64,000 nt of DNA from Takakia lepidozioides (Eukaryota > Plantae > Bryophyta): assembly GCA_030704615.1 (NCBI GenBank), contig CM060734.1, forward strand, positions 38,068,001 to 38,132,000, in the 5' to 3' direction. Under the pieces are notes generated by a model. It did not search any database and was not told the origin of the DNA. It was given only the letters and a program-made list of their open reading frames with translations. Shown here one piece after another: positions 1-10,963 of the stretch (positions within the stretch are counted from its first letter, which is position 1; the number at the start of each line of letters is the position of its first letter). Made by a program: the position numbers and the translations under genes.

Positions 1-2
1 TC

Positions 3-200
3 AACCCTGCTTGGAGAATAGCCAATGGTGATTTATGTCTTAGAGTGATTCATACTGGTGGAAGAACAACCATAGCACTTTGGATAAGAGAGTTAGGAAG
101 GTGGGTGAAGATAAATACCATGGCACGAGAGGTGACATGGGGAGGTAGAGTAGAGATGTTGCGAAATGGACAGTGGGAGTGGTATAGAGGTCAACATTAA
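3..200 (+). CDS. 3' end of an accessory ORF ('ORF0') upstream of gag in Gypsy element A; 5' part lies outside the window
   Basis: Stop-free frame from base 3 to TAA 198-200: NPAWRIANGDLCLRVIHTGGRTTIALWIRELGRWVKINTMAREVTWGGRVEMLRNGQWEWYRGQH*. It ends 71 nt before the gag ATG and aligns by eye with the upstream ORFs at 34041-34560 and 40680-41120. Confidence 0.6.
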   Translation, partial: NPAWRIANGDLCLRVIHTGGRTTIALWIRELGRWVKINTMAREVTWGGRVEMLRNGQWEWYRGQH

Positions 201-271
201 GGGAGTTGCGGAAAAATTAGAGTCAGAATTAGGTGTTGAAACAGTTTGAACTTTGATTAGAGAATAGAAGG

Positions 272-3200
272 ATGACCAGTCCAACCAGCATAGATGCGCC
301 TTATCATGGTAGGAATAGTGAGGATGTAAATGACTGGCTGGAGAGAATTCAGATGGAGGCAGATGTCAGGGATTTGAATGAGGACAAGACTTTCAAGGTA
401 GCAAGGCTCAACCTGAGAGCCAAGGCTGATGAATGGTACCGTAAACAAAACCCTAGACCAAACAACTGGGTGGACTTCAGGGCAGCAATTTCAGCCAAGT
501 TTGGTATCGTTGACTTGGCAGAAATTAGGCTAAGAATGGATACCATTAAACAGGAGAGTAGACAAAGGGTTCAAACATACTTCGATAGGTTGAACCGGTT
601 ATTTATAAGAAGTGGGGCGTCTGATTTGGAACAGAGACGTAGATTTGCAGCAGGTTTGAGACCAGAAATAGCAAGAGTAATGCTGGGCAGGCGCTTCCTT
701 GATGTAGAGGAAGCACTTGACACAGCCATTGAGATTGAAAGGGGCCTGGGAAAGTTAGGGGAAATACCTCTAGAACCATTGGAAGGAGATGATACAGATG
801 AGTCAGTTGTGTTTGTCAACCCTGTGGACAGAAGACTTGATCAGCTGAACACTACCCTACAGAAGTACTTTGATAGGGGACCAGTCATAGGAGAAAGCTC
901 GGGATCTAGAACACCACCTCGTGTTCGCCTTTGTAATGTTTGTCACAAAGAAGGTCACATAGCTGCATATTGTCCTGAAGGAAGAACCCCAGCTAAGTGT
1001 GACAAATGTCACCGGTTCGGGCATTCCACGGAAATGTGTGGTGTGAGATGCAACTTTTGCAAGCTACTCGGGCATACGGAGAGTGAGTGCAGTAGAAAAC
1101 TCGACCAAACTATGATGGGAACTCCGGGAACTAACTTTGTAGACGTGTTCTATGATGATGAGGATGATGTACTCGCAGAGATGACAGATCTGATGTCACG
1201 AAATAGTATCAATGAAGTCAGACTTCCAAGGACACGCATACCTGTCCAGAGTCCGATTGTTGAACCTACAGGGTCACCAGAAAGGAATAGTGAGAGCAGT
1301 GAACAGCCAAGCAAGACCAAGAGTGAAATCTACCCAAAGAACAATTTCAAGAATGCTATAGAAGGAGGTACGAAATCCAGAATCTTGAACCACTTCTACA
1401 AAGGGAGAATATCGTTGTCGCCCATGGACCTGATCATGACTGTGCCCGGAGAGCTAGACAAATTGAAAGGGCTGGTCAAAGTGGTGGAAAGAGCAATGGT
1501 ACAACAAAGGGAGACAACTCACAGTGTAGAAGTTGTGAAGGATGTACCAAGGCCTTTGTACTCAGCACACGCTGAGCCCACGATCTCGTATGCTTATACT
1601 GGTAAGGTTAAAGCGCTTCATGTAATGATTACAATGGGAGATTACCAAGTATTAGGCCAGATTGACACTGGTGCCATGCTTTCTGTAATATCAGCTAGTA
1701 CAGTCAGGGATCTGGGTTTGATGGGATCTGTCATTACTAGTAAGGATGTGAATTACAGAGTAGCCTCAGGTGCTCTTGAGACTGCAATGGGCAGACTTGA
1801 GGACATCAAGGTCAAAGTAGGAGAACTAACCAATCGTTTGTCCTTTATGGTGGTGAACACGGATACATATCACATGCTGCTAGGATTGGACTTTCTCAAA
1901 AAGTTTGGCGCTGTAGTGGACACCGAAGCTGAAACAATTCGCGTACGCTATGGGCCAGGAAAGGATTTTGCTCACTTCCCTTTGCACACCATCAATTATA
2001 ATGAGCCTGCAGTTACCAAAACAGCCTACCATAGAGGGGTCGAGAGTAGAATGAGATATGCAAGCAGTACGTCAGCAGGTAATGTCCTAACCCTGACGTC
2101 AGATGAACAGTACCTAGGCTTGTGGGAGAAGAAAAGAAAACCAGAGGAAGAATATGAGGACACGGAGGAAGCATCCTCAGGTTCTGACACCTCTAAATCT
2201 GATAAAGATGAGGAGATGGGAGGCTCTGAGGAGAGTAAGGAGGTAGAAACAGCACTGAGGGATGTTGAGGAAATAATAGACGATGTCAACCTAGGGGAGG
2301 ACTTGTTCGAGGACCAAGGGATGTCTGAACTCCTTCAGGAAGAGACCCATAAGAGCATGGCTGCTGCCATAATACAGGAAGCTTATCAGAAAGCTTGGAA
2401 TGGTGAACTAGGGAACAACAACCTAGAAATAGAGGATGACTTCCATGATTGGAATCAGGTTGTCACACAAGAGGAACGACAGAGAATGGCTAACTCTGTA
2501 AGCCAGGTGGAGGGAAAGAATTGGGAACCCAGTCAAGAGGAAGAAATGGAGAGTCGTTGGAGAAGTCTGAAATCCAGACTGCACATCAACCCAGAACTGG
2601 CCCCAGAACATAGGATAGAGCTTGAGCAAGAGCTGAAAGCAAACCAGGAATGCTTTGCTCTTAGCAAGGCTGACTTGGGATACTGCAGTGAGGTAGAACA
2701 CACAATTGACACACAAGGTTTTCCCCCTTGCAGAAGTCGTCCCAGCCGCCTATCAGAATGGGAGGAAGACGAGGTCCAAGGACAAATTGAGACTTTGATC
2801 TCACAAGGCAAGATGAGAGAGAGTAGTTCAGAATGGTCGTGTCCAGTTACCCTTCCACCAAAAAAGGATGGATCCAAGCGGTTTTGTGGTGATTTTAGGC
2901 CAGTAAACCGTTTGACCAGAAGGGACTCTTACCCTATGCCATTAATTCAGGATGTTTTAAACCAGTTGGGGAAAGCCAAGTGGTTTTCTGCGCTGGATTT
3001 ACAATCTGGTTTTTGGCAGATCAAAATGGACGACCGAGACATAGGCAAAACAGCGGTGATCACAAAGAAGGGATTGTATGAATGGCTGGTCATGCCATTC
3101 GGGCTAAAAAATGCCACTGCTACCTTTCAGAGAACAATGAATAGAGTGCTCAAGGAAGAAATCAAAGATTGCGCTAAGGTGTTTGTAGATGACGTCAATA

Positions 3201-6200
3201 TCCATAGCAAGGACTGGGGAGATCACGTGGGACATATAAAGAGAGTATTGAGCAAGGTTAGAAAGGCCAATCTTAGGCTCAATCCGGACAAGTGTTACTT
3301 TGCCAACTTACAGTTGGTATTCCTTGGGCATGTGATCTCTGAAGAAGGAACGTGGCCTGATCCAGATAAGATAGCTGCTATTGAAAGGTTTCCCTTGCCC
3401 AAAAACCACACTGCTCTCAAAAGCTACTTAGGCATGACAGGGTACTATAGGCCCTATGTCAAAGGATATGCTGGAGTGGCAGTACCCTTGTTCACTCTAA
3501 CCAAGAAGGATGTAAAGTTTATCTGGAGTGCAGAGGCACAAAACGCTTTTTCTACCTTACAGGTGAAGTTGGTAACTGCTCCCATCCTGGCAAGACCAGA
3601 TTTCTCAAGACCGTTCGTCTTGGATGTTGACTGGTCCATCAAAGGAGTAGGGGCAGTCTTGTCACAAAAGGAGTATAAAAAGGAGAGGGTCATTGCATAC
3701 GCCAGTAAGGTACTATCTGATGCTCAGCGCAAATATCACCCTATGGAGGGTGAATGCTATGCACTGGTGTGGGGAGTATTACATTTTCGACAGTACCTGT
3801 ATGGAACCCCTTTTGTAATCAGGACTGATCACAAACCACTGGAATGGTTGGCAACGGTAAGTGACGCATATGGACGCAGGGGTAGATGGATCATGATGTT
3901 ACAAGATTTTGAGTTTAAAATTGTTCACAGAGCAGGTGCTAGGCATGCTAACGTAGATGCACTAAGCAGGTATCCAGTGGGACCAGCTGAAGAAACCGAG
4001 GAAATCGAGGTATACTCTACTTCTCTGTACAGTCAGAAAAGAGAAGGGAGAAAGAGGGATGGAGCCTATCTTCTTAAGTTAGCTTGGGATAGGGGTGCCA
4101 TCAATGCTTCATTATTTCAATTTAAGGAAGGGAAGGAGGAGTTGAGAGAAGAAGCTCATAGGCAAGTAGGGTATAGCAGTGAAAAAGGGGAGATGATTTG
4201 CAAAAGAGAAGAGTACTATGCATGTGTATGGGGCCTTTGGCACTTCAAGGAAATACTGTTGGGAAGTCATTTTTCTTTAGAAACAGATCTAGATCCATAT
4301 TGGTGGCTATACTCAGAGCACCACATAGGCATAGACTTACTTGGTGATTTTTCATTTGAGTTCGTTCCGGGTATAGTAAGATCTTCCACAGGTGGAATGT
4401 TGACCAAGGATCATGGCATATTGAAAGGAGAACTGAAACCAGGCATAATGCCAGATGGAGAAGGAAAGAGGGTGACTTTTGCTGCACAGACTTTTGCTAC
4501 AAAAAAAAAACAAGGAAAGGGTATTGATCAATCAAGCTCTGTCAATCTGGTGAGGGAGGGTATTTGGAAGGATAAGGGTGCAGGAAGGATAGAGGCTACT
4601 GCAATCAGCAACAAGGAAAAGGAGCATCTGATGCCCTCTTGTCCCACCATCCATGTGATTACCCGAGGATCTTGTGCTCGTGATAAGCAGCTGAGCGAGG
4701 TACATCCAGCCTGTGAACTTGTGGAAGAGAGATTGAACAATGAAAAGGAAAGCTTGCAAGGGACACCATTCCTTCAACACTTGACAAGCACTCCAACAAC
4801 AAGAAGAACGCGGGTGACTTCCTCATCAGAATGCCCAGCCAAGAAAAACATGGGGGGTGAGTGTTCCACCAAGACGTTTTGTTCTTCAGACAGTGATGGA
4901 ACAAGTGGTTCAGAACAAGACACTTCTTCTTGCAACAAGATTGATGAAGCGGACTGGGTACCATGGACCACACCCACCAAAGCTACTCAGATGTCATTAT
5001 TACGTGAGGCTGAAAGATGTGGGAAAAGCTCTCTACTCAGCTCTGACCTTCATACAGCAGCTGGTAGGGAGGAAAGGCAACCTGATGTGCTTGATGATGT
5101 GGAGGTCATGCACCTCTTATGTTTTGGAGAAGTCAATGACTACCTGACAAAGGAGGAGAGCAAGAGAGTCAAGAGGCGGGCAAGGCAGTACTCCTATCTC
5201 AAAGGTGAGGTCTACTTTGATGGAAGGGTAGTTCCACCAAAGACTGACAGAGGGGCAATAATCACTGAAGTACATGAAACCACTGGCCACTTTGGAGTCA
5301 GAAGAACACAAGAGGAGATATGCCGACGTTATTTCTGGCATGATAGAACAAAACTCATCAGGCAAGTACTCAAGGGCTGTGGTAAATGTCAGATGGCCAA
5401 ACAGAACGGAGTGTTGCGCTCAGGTAGCTCAAAACTTCATAGCATTCCAGTAGTGGATCTGTTTTTCAGAGTTGCAATTGACACGGCAGGACCATTACCT
5501 ATAACCAGCAGGGGCAATCAGTACTTTCTGGTGGCAATCGATCACTTCTCAAAATGGATAGAAGCTGCACCAGTGGCAGATCATACAGCAGCCCTTGCTG
5601 CCCGCTTTCTTGAGGAAGAAGTAATTGACAGGTATGGCTGCCCACATACGTTGCTCACTGACAATGGCACAGAGTGGGGAGGTGAGTTTGAAGATACATG
5701 CCACGAATACGGTATAAAGAGGGAGCATAGTGCCCCCTACTGGCCTCAGTGTAACGGTATGGTGGAAAGAGTCATTAAGTCCATCAAACAGAGCATCACC
5801 ACCCTAGGAGTTGGAAACGACACTGAGTGGGATCAGAATCTCTATAAGGCCCTGTTTGGTTACAGAATGGGTGTCCATGCTTCCACTGGGTTCTCACCTT
5901 TTCAGGTACTTACTGGTAGAATTCCCAGGCTGGGAATTGACAACAGGTTGCATTTTCTTACAACACCAGTAAATTCTGATGGATCTGTAGCAGAAGTCAC
6001 ACTTATGATGCAGCAGAAAATCCAGCTTCTCACAGAGATGAAGGCAAAGCTGCGAAAGAGTGTGAAGAAAGGGCAGCGTCAACAGGCAAGAGATTATGAA
6101 AGAAGGCATCAAACAGGGCATACTTACTGCACGTTGATGGAGAACAGCAAGGTAATGATGTTGAGACCTGGAAAGAGGTCTTCCATGACATCTCCATGGG

Positions 6201-6391
6201 AGGGACCCTATGACTTTTTGGGATACAAGGACGCAGGAAGCACAACCAAGACTGGAGAAGCTGCACGAAGATGCAGGTTGAGAGATGGAGCAGACAAGGA
6301 ATGGGTAAGAAGTAGGAGGGATTTAAAACCCTTCATACCACCAATAGGTGTTCAGCCGTTAAAGGTGGTCAGTGAGGACCCTGACACTTAA
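272..6391 (+). CDS. gag-pol: Intact Ty3/Gypsy (non-chromovirus) Gag-Pol polyprotein, 2039 aa (element A)
   Basis: Single ORF with a capsid-like N-terminus, three Cx2Cx4Hx4C knuckles, protease IDTGA, RT (ALDLQSGFWQ, MPFGLKNA, FVDD), RNase H (LDVDWS..EGEC..TDH..DALS) and integrase (H-H-C-C, IDTAG/TDNG/VE, GPY). Order is PR-RT-RH-INT; no chromodomain. Confidence 0.97.
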   Translation: MTSPTSIDAPYHGRNSEDVNDWLERIQMEADVRDLNEDKTFKVARLNLRAKADEWYRKQNPRPNNWVDFRAAISAKFGIVDLAEIRLRMDTIKQESRQRVQTYFDRLNRLFIRSGASDLEQRRRFAAGLRPEIARVMLGRRFLDVEEALDTAIEIERGLGKLGEIPLEPLEGDDTDESVVFVNPVDRRLDQLNTTLQKYFDRGPVIGESSGSRTPPRVRLCNVCHKEGHIAAYCPEGRTPAKCDKCHRFGHSTEMCGVRCNFCKLLGHTESECSRKLDQTMMGTPGTNFVDVFYDDEDDVLAEMTDLMSRNSINEVRLPRTRIPVQSPIVEPTGSPERNSESSEQPSKTKSEIYPKNNFKNAIEGGTKSRILNHFYKGRISLSPMDLIMTVPGELDKLKGLVKVVERAMVQQRETTHSVEVVKDVPRPLYSAHAEPTISYAYTGKVKALHVMITMGDYQVLGQIDTGAMLSVISASTVRDLGLMGSVITSKDVNYRVASGALETAMGRLEDIKVKVGELTNRLSFMVVNTDTYHMLLGLDFLKKFGAVVDTEAETIRVRYGPGKDFAHFPLHTINYNEPAVTKTAYHRGVESRMRYASSTSAGNVLTLTSDEQYLGLWEKKRKPEEEYEDTEEASSGSDTSKSDKDEEMGGSEESKEVETALRDVEEIIDDVNLGEDLFEDQGMSELLQEETHKSMAAAIIQEAYQKAWNGELGNNNLEIEDDFHDWNQVVTQEERQRMANSVSQVEGKNWEPSQEEEMESRWRSLKSRLHINPELAPEHRIELEQELKANQECFALSKADLGYCSEVEHTIDTQGFPPCRSRPSRLSEWEEDEVQGQIETLISQGKMRESSSEWSCPVTLPPKKDGSKRFCGDFRPVNRLTRRDSYPMPLIQDVLNQLGKAKWFSALDLQSGFWQIKMDDRDIGKTAVITKKGLYEWLVMPFGLKNATATFQRTMNRVLKEEIKDCAKVFVDDVNIHSKDWGDHVGHIKRVLSKVRKANLRLNPDKCYFANLQLVFLGHVISEEGTWPDPDKIAAIERFPLPKNHTALKSYLGMTGYYRPYVKGYAGVAVPLFTLTKKDVKFIWSAEAQNAFSTLQVKLVTAPILARPDFSRPFVLDVDWSIKGVGAVLSQKEYKKERVIAYASKVLSDAQRKYHPMEGECYALVWGVLHFRQYLYGTPFVIRTDHKPLEWLATVSDAYGRRGRWIMMLQDFEFKIVHRAGARHANVDALSRYPVGPAEETEEIEVYSTSLYSQKREGRKRDGAYLLKLAWDRGAINASLFQFKEGKEELREEAHRQVGYSSEKGEMICKREEYYACVWGLWHFKEILLGSHFSLETDLDPYWWLYSEHHIGIDLLGDFSFEFVPGIVRSSTGGMLTKDHGILKGELKPGIMPDGEGKRVTFAAQTFATKKKQGKGIDQSSSVNLVREGIWKDKGAGRIEATAISNKEKEHLMPSCPTIHVITRGSCARDKQLSEVHPACELVEERLNNEKESLQGTPFLQHLTSTPTTRRTRVTSSSECPAKKNMGGECSTKTFCSSDSDGTSGSEQDTSSCNKIDEADWVPWTTPTKATQMSLLREAERCGKSSLLSSDLHTAAGREERQPDVLDDVEVMHLLCFGEVNDYLTKEESKRVKRRARQYSYLKGEVYFDGRVVPPKTDRGAIITEVHETTGHFGVRRTQEEICRRYFWHDRTKLIRQVLKGCGKCQMAKQNGVLRSGSSKLHSIPVVDLFFRVAIDTAGPLPITSRGNQYFLVAIDHFSKWIEAAPVADHTAALAARFLEEEVIDRYGCPHTLLTDNGTEWGGEFEDTCHEYGIKREHSAPYWPQCNGMVERVIKSIKQSITTLGVGNDTEWDQNLYKALFGYRMGVHASTGFSPFQVLTGRIPRLGIDNRLHFLTTPVNSDGSVAEVTLMMQQKIQLLTEMKAKLRKSVKKGQRQQARDYERRHQTGHTYCTLMENSKVMMLRPGKRSSMTSPWEGPYDFLGYKDAGSTTKTGEAARRCRLRDGADKEWVRSRRDLKPFIPPIGVQPLKVVSEDPDT

Positions 6392-8361
6392 AAAAAGGAG
6401 ACACACTACATATGTAGTGTGAATGCAGGGAGTAAAAATCTCAAGTTTGTGTTTGGCATCAGGTTTCGGCACTACTACAAAGGGAGTACCCTTCGTGCTA
6501 ATGAAGGGGAGGAATTGACCATAACTTGAGGTAATTCCATGGAAGGACTATGCTATTTATCTGCCAAGAACAAAATATGGCTAAGTTATGACATGCACCT
6601 TTTTCATCCCTAGGATGAATGATTTTCATCCATGATGTTGAACCCTAGAAGCGGGATGTGAAATTCGAAGGGGAAGAGTGCGTGGATCTTTTCGCAGCTG
6701 CTGCAGTGGTGTTGGCAGCACAGGATATCTGAGAAGGTTCCACCTACGCAAAGGGTATCAGCTTGCTTTTAAGAGAAATGTTAAGAACTCCTGCTTGGCT
6801 TTCTGTGCAAGAAGAAGCGGTGCCGCCTTCTTCGTAAGCAATGATCAAACCTGAGGGATCGGGTTTGTGATAAGGGCGGTGCACCACTGCTGTCGCCATG
6901 GTATTTGTGAGCACATTAATGAGGAGATGGAGTGGCTCAGCAGGTGTTGGGGGATGAGAAATGCAGGCTGGTGTGTATTATCGCCTCAGGTTGTCAGTGA
7001 TCAAATCTTGTAGCTGCTGTCTGTTTTTGAGCTGTAGGACCAGATCACTTTGTAAGGGAATCAGCTTGCCTTAAAGAGTGACGTTGAGGGATCTGGCTTG
7101 GCTTTCTGTGCAAGAGGAAGCGGTGCCGCCTTCTGGTGTGTATGGCGCTTAAGCTATCTATAAATAAGTTATGTATCTGCTCTCTGTCTTAAGGGCTGTA
7201 GGACCAGATCACCTCATAGGGAGGAAATGCACATGTAGAAGGATAGGGTAGAGGTTGGCAGGCACAAGGATGTGCCAGCAGCTGAAGCAGAGCCGTCATG
7301 CCTTAATGAGGACTGGAATCACGATAAGAAGAAACGTCGGAGATGGCTGACGAGGGAGAGGATAAGGTGCCTTCTTGACAGGCAGACCCACCACTTCAAG
7401 GAGTATAAGACAGATAAGTTCGAGGAGTGTACCCCCCCCTTTTGGTTTTTGGTTGCTTAGAAATCGCTTTGTGAAGTTTGAACTGTCTCTTGTATGTAGT
7501 AAGAGACACTGACATGTGAGGAAGAAAAAGAGCTTTGTAAATGGAATGAAGACACTGGACTTCAAACCAGGATGGGCTGGAGATGGATGCACCTGCTATT
7601 ACATTGTACAGTAGGAAAATGAATGGAAACAGGGTAGACTCGTTGCTGGGACAGAATGGTTACTGTTGTTGTATTCTTGTTCCTTGTTTCAACGTCATGA
7701 GCTTGTACAAACAATCTAGCCTGGGATGTTGACACATTGCAGCCAATGTGGAACTAGCTTAGTAGGTAGAGGAAACCAGAGAGGGTTAGATAGAACTGTT
7801 TGGAAACAACAAGAAGGGATGATGTGGATGGGGCAGAAAAACCAGCATCTGTTTGGGTTTGGATCTGATTCTCAGAGTGCTCTCAGCCCATGAACCACTG
7901 AGGTTCACAGCTGATGGGAAAAAGAGAGCTGTCAGGGTGTGTAAATTGAGACCTGTTGAAGGGTTGAGAGCTGTCTTGGGCAATGGTTATACCTGGGAAA
8001 AGTGGAGTGTGAAGCATCTGTCATTGGCAAGAGAGGGACTGATAAAAGGGCTGATTATATCTTGTGTGACCAAGGTTGATTTCAATGCTGGGTGCACTGG
8101 ATGCTTGGCTGAATGCGCATTGCATTGCATCATAGGCATGTTACAGTGGAAAGAGTGAGGAACCCACTTATCCTGAAAGAAAGAGAGAGGGAGAGAGAAA
8201 AGGACACAAGGGAGAGAGTTGACCAGCAAGAGGTTATGATGAGGAATGGATGATTGGGGAGGTAAGATAAAGAAAGCATGAACCCATGAAGGGCCAAACT
8301 GGTGGGCCTGCAAACTCATGGCAGATCTGCGTTGCCGCCTTCCAAATCGTGATCTTGTTAC
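6392..8361 (+). mobile_element. 3' UTR / probable 3' LTR of element A (right boundary uncertain)
   Basis: A purine tract AAAAAAAGGAGA follows the stop and is followed by TGTAG at 6413. Internal direct repeats: TTGGCTTTCTGTGCAAGA(A/G)GAAGCGGTGCCGCCTTCT at ~6796 and ~7099, GCTGTAGGACCAGATCAC at ~7031 and ~7195. TATAAATA at ~7159. The 5' LTR is not in the window, so the ends cannot be confirmed. Confidence 0.4.
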
Positions 8362-8728
8362 AAAGGGGATTCCACGTATTGTTGACCAAGAGAGCTGCCC
8401 ACAAGGGCAGTGGTCATCACTGACGTAGGGCTGGTTGCATCACTGAAGACCGCATGGTAACATGGCTGGTGCAGTGTATCAGGGAAAGGATGTCGTGTAG
8501 AAGTAGAACCACGGGTGAAAACAATACAGACTCCCCATCCATGTCTTCTCTTCCGCTGCGGCGTGGATGAGGATTGTGCGAACTCTGATCACGAAGGACC
8601 TGATGGAAACCCACACCGAGTGACGATGGTTGGATAAGCTTGGAATGAGAGCTCCTTTCCTTCCCTCCGATTGACCTAGGGAAGAGCACAACTAGACTTG
8701 CACAGAAGGGGATTCACGCCCCTTCTTT

Positions 8729-9445
8729 TCACACTACACTTCCTTCCTTCTCCATTGTGTCTGCCCGCTGCGTGATTCCCAACGTTGTTTGCTCTTCGGG
8801 TGTCAAGTGTACAGTGTGTCGAATCATTTGGAATAACAGGGGAGTAACCGATCTGGTAACCGTTACTTCATTCTTCTTCTTTGTCAACATGGTTAATTCT
8901 TGGGTCAACTTCTTCAATAAGAAGCCTGCCCAATTCACAATTTGCCCATTGAGGCAAATCAATACTTGGTCGATTAGATCCTTAGTGCAACAGCTGTGGT
9001 TTTGCCTGAGGCAAAGCAACGTGCTAAGTACCGGGGCTATCTTCTTAAAGTCGGGGTTTTTGTTGTGACTGCATGTGTAGCCCTGATCGGCTTGGTTGAG
9101 ATTCTCAAACAGGTCCGCAAGTACAAACCTTGGTGGTTTGCCGCTGTGTGCCGGTACGTCTAGACTGGGAAGGTGAAACACTTCCGCCAAGTACTTCTCC
9201 GTCAATAGAATATGTGTGTCACGGACATTTGTGCTTCGAGTACTGGTGTTGTAGTTCTCCAAGAACTCCCTGCACAGCTCGTCGTGCTTAAGGTTCCAGT
9301 CCAGCGTGGTGACAAAGTACCGCAGGCCAAGACTATCCAACGTCTCCTATGTCTCTGTGTCTTGCTTGATTTTCCACAACGCCAGGCTGATTTTGAAATT
9401 CACTTGCGCATAAGAACTTGGTGTCTTCCGCTTGGTGCCTGCCAT
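8729..9445 (-). pseudogene. Extra ORF downstream of integrase (Athila/Tat-type 3' accessory ORF), with one premature stop
   Basis: ATG 9445 (MAGTKRK...) is in frame, through TAG 9347-9349, with the 203-aa ORF (LGLRYFV..ELCREFLENY..HILLTEKYLAEVFHLP..IVNWAGFL). This motif pattern resembles the putative plant-transposon-protein ORFs of non-chromovirus Gypsy elements. Same strand as, and directly after, the integrase. Confidence 0.65.
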
Positions 9446-9645
9446 TTCCCTTAGTTTCGTTGTTGCTGTAAGGAATTGGAGTACCAATTCCTGTATCAAG
9501 AGCAGTATGAAGCGCACTGGAAGTTGTGTAGACGGCAATTTCTAGTTTGCGGAAGAGAAGGTGTGGGGTTCGTTTATGGGTTTAAGTAGGGGTTCTCCTC
9601 TTTGAGCTTCCACTCTAACTTCTCTTAAGGTTCTCGTGGAGGTAA

Positions 9646-10963
9646 TTATGTCCTGCTGTCACCTAGGTTTAAAGCGCAGTTAGCTTTAATTGTTGGGCCC
9701 GTGCTTTCCAAGAAGCATTTAGCTTCCAGTAACGGTTTTGAATGGACCTCATCCATTTTCTGGATGTGCCTGATTTTCTTCCGTTGGTGTTTTCTTCGTG
9801 GTTTGTCTTGGATTGGACTAATGGTTAATGATGATTGTCCGATTTTGGTTAGTTTACGTTCTTCCATCTTGGATATGTTCATCCATTTTGGTATGTGGTC
9901 TATTTTTAGATGAGCAGCGTGTGCGCAGTACTTGCAGATTGGTTTAATGGCTTTGCCCTTATCGTCCGCCGTCTTTTGGCAATCCGTTGGATTGTGTCGT
10001 CGTTCTTTCTCCGTGTTATGATCGATGGTTAGTGGTGTATGATTACCACGGTCCGTGGGGTCATCTAGAATGTACATCTCGGAGTTTAACACAAGCAGTG
10101 ACTTGTTGGCTGCTTCACATTCGTTCACGGTTCTGTAGGGCATATGTGCTGGCCACGGTTCACCATACGGTATACGGGGTGGTAGTGCTGACGTCCAAAT
10201 GAATGGTGGTCTAAACGTAGCGGTGCCCTGAACTCGTATTGCCACCCGTCTTAGTACATGCCGGTTCACCGTCTCGTGATGAATGTAGTATGCACTGGCG
10301 GTTTCACGCTCCTCATCTGCGGTTTGGTCTTCCTCGTTGGCGTATAAGTCATGTATAAGTGCTCTGTCATGTATCCCTTTGTAGCCTTTTAACTTGTTAA
10401 TATTTATTCGTCCCACGAATTCTTGTTCCAAGGTCTGCAAATCGACAGTTCCATTGTCATGCACCCTTTTGATTTGAAATGGTCCCATCCATGGCATGTT
10501 CGATTTTCCTCCCAGTTTGATTTTCTTGATTTTTGGTAACCACAAAACAATGTCCCCGTCCTGGAAAGATTTTTCTTTCCCTTCGGATATTCTTTTTCTT
10601 CGTTGTTCTTGAATTCGTGCCATATTATCTGCAGTGTCTGCCCGAACTTCTTCTAGATGACATAACTCATGTTCCCTGACTCGTAGAGATTCTTCTAAAA
10701 CCCATCGTTCATGAGTTCCAGTTCGTAGTGTGGGTATCATGCATTCAATGGGTAATAGTGCCTCTACTCCATACACTAGTTGAAATGGTGTATGTTTCGT
10801 GGTCACCTTGTATGATGTCATAAATGCCCATAGTGTTGTGTTCATTTTGGTGTCCCAATCTGTACGATTGGCATTTACTATCTTGGTTAAGATAGTGCAT
10901 AATATCTTGTTGGTAGATTTGGCCTGGCCATTTCCTTGGGGACAATAAGCAGTGCTCTTGTGA
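9646..10963 (-). pseudogene. Gypsy family C integrase C-terminal half with a long extension (second copy of family C)
   Basis: HKSTAYCPQGNGQA..TPFQLVYG..WMGPF motifs. 10730-10963 is highly similar but not identical to 35080-35313. Cut at 10964 by a MULE insertion. Confidence 0.9.

Noticed and set aside
349-6266. Many short antisense or alternate-frame ORFs within gag-pol and other TEs
   Set aside because: Shadow ORFs without motifs.
8729-9445. Retroviral envelope gene
   Set aside because: No signal peptide or clear transmembrane segment. Better described as a generic 3' accessory ORF.
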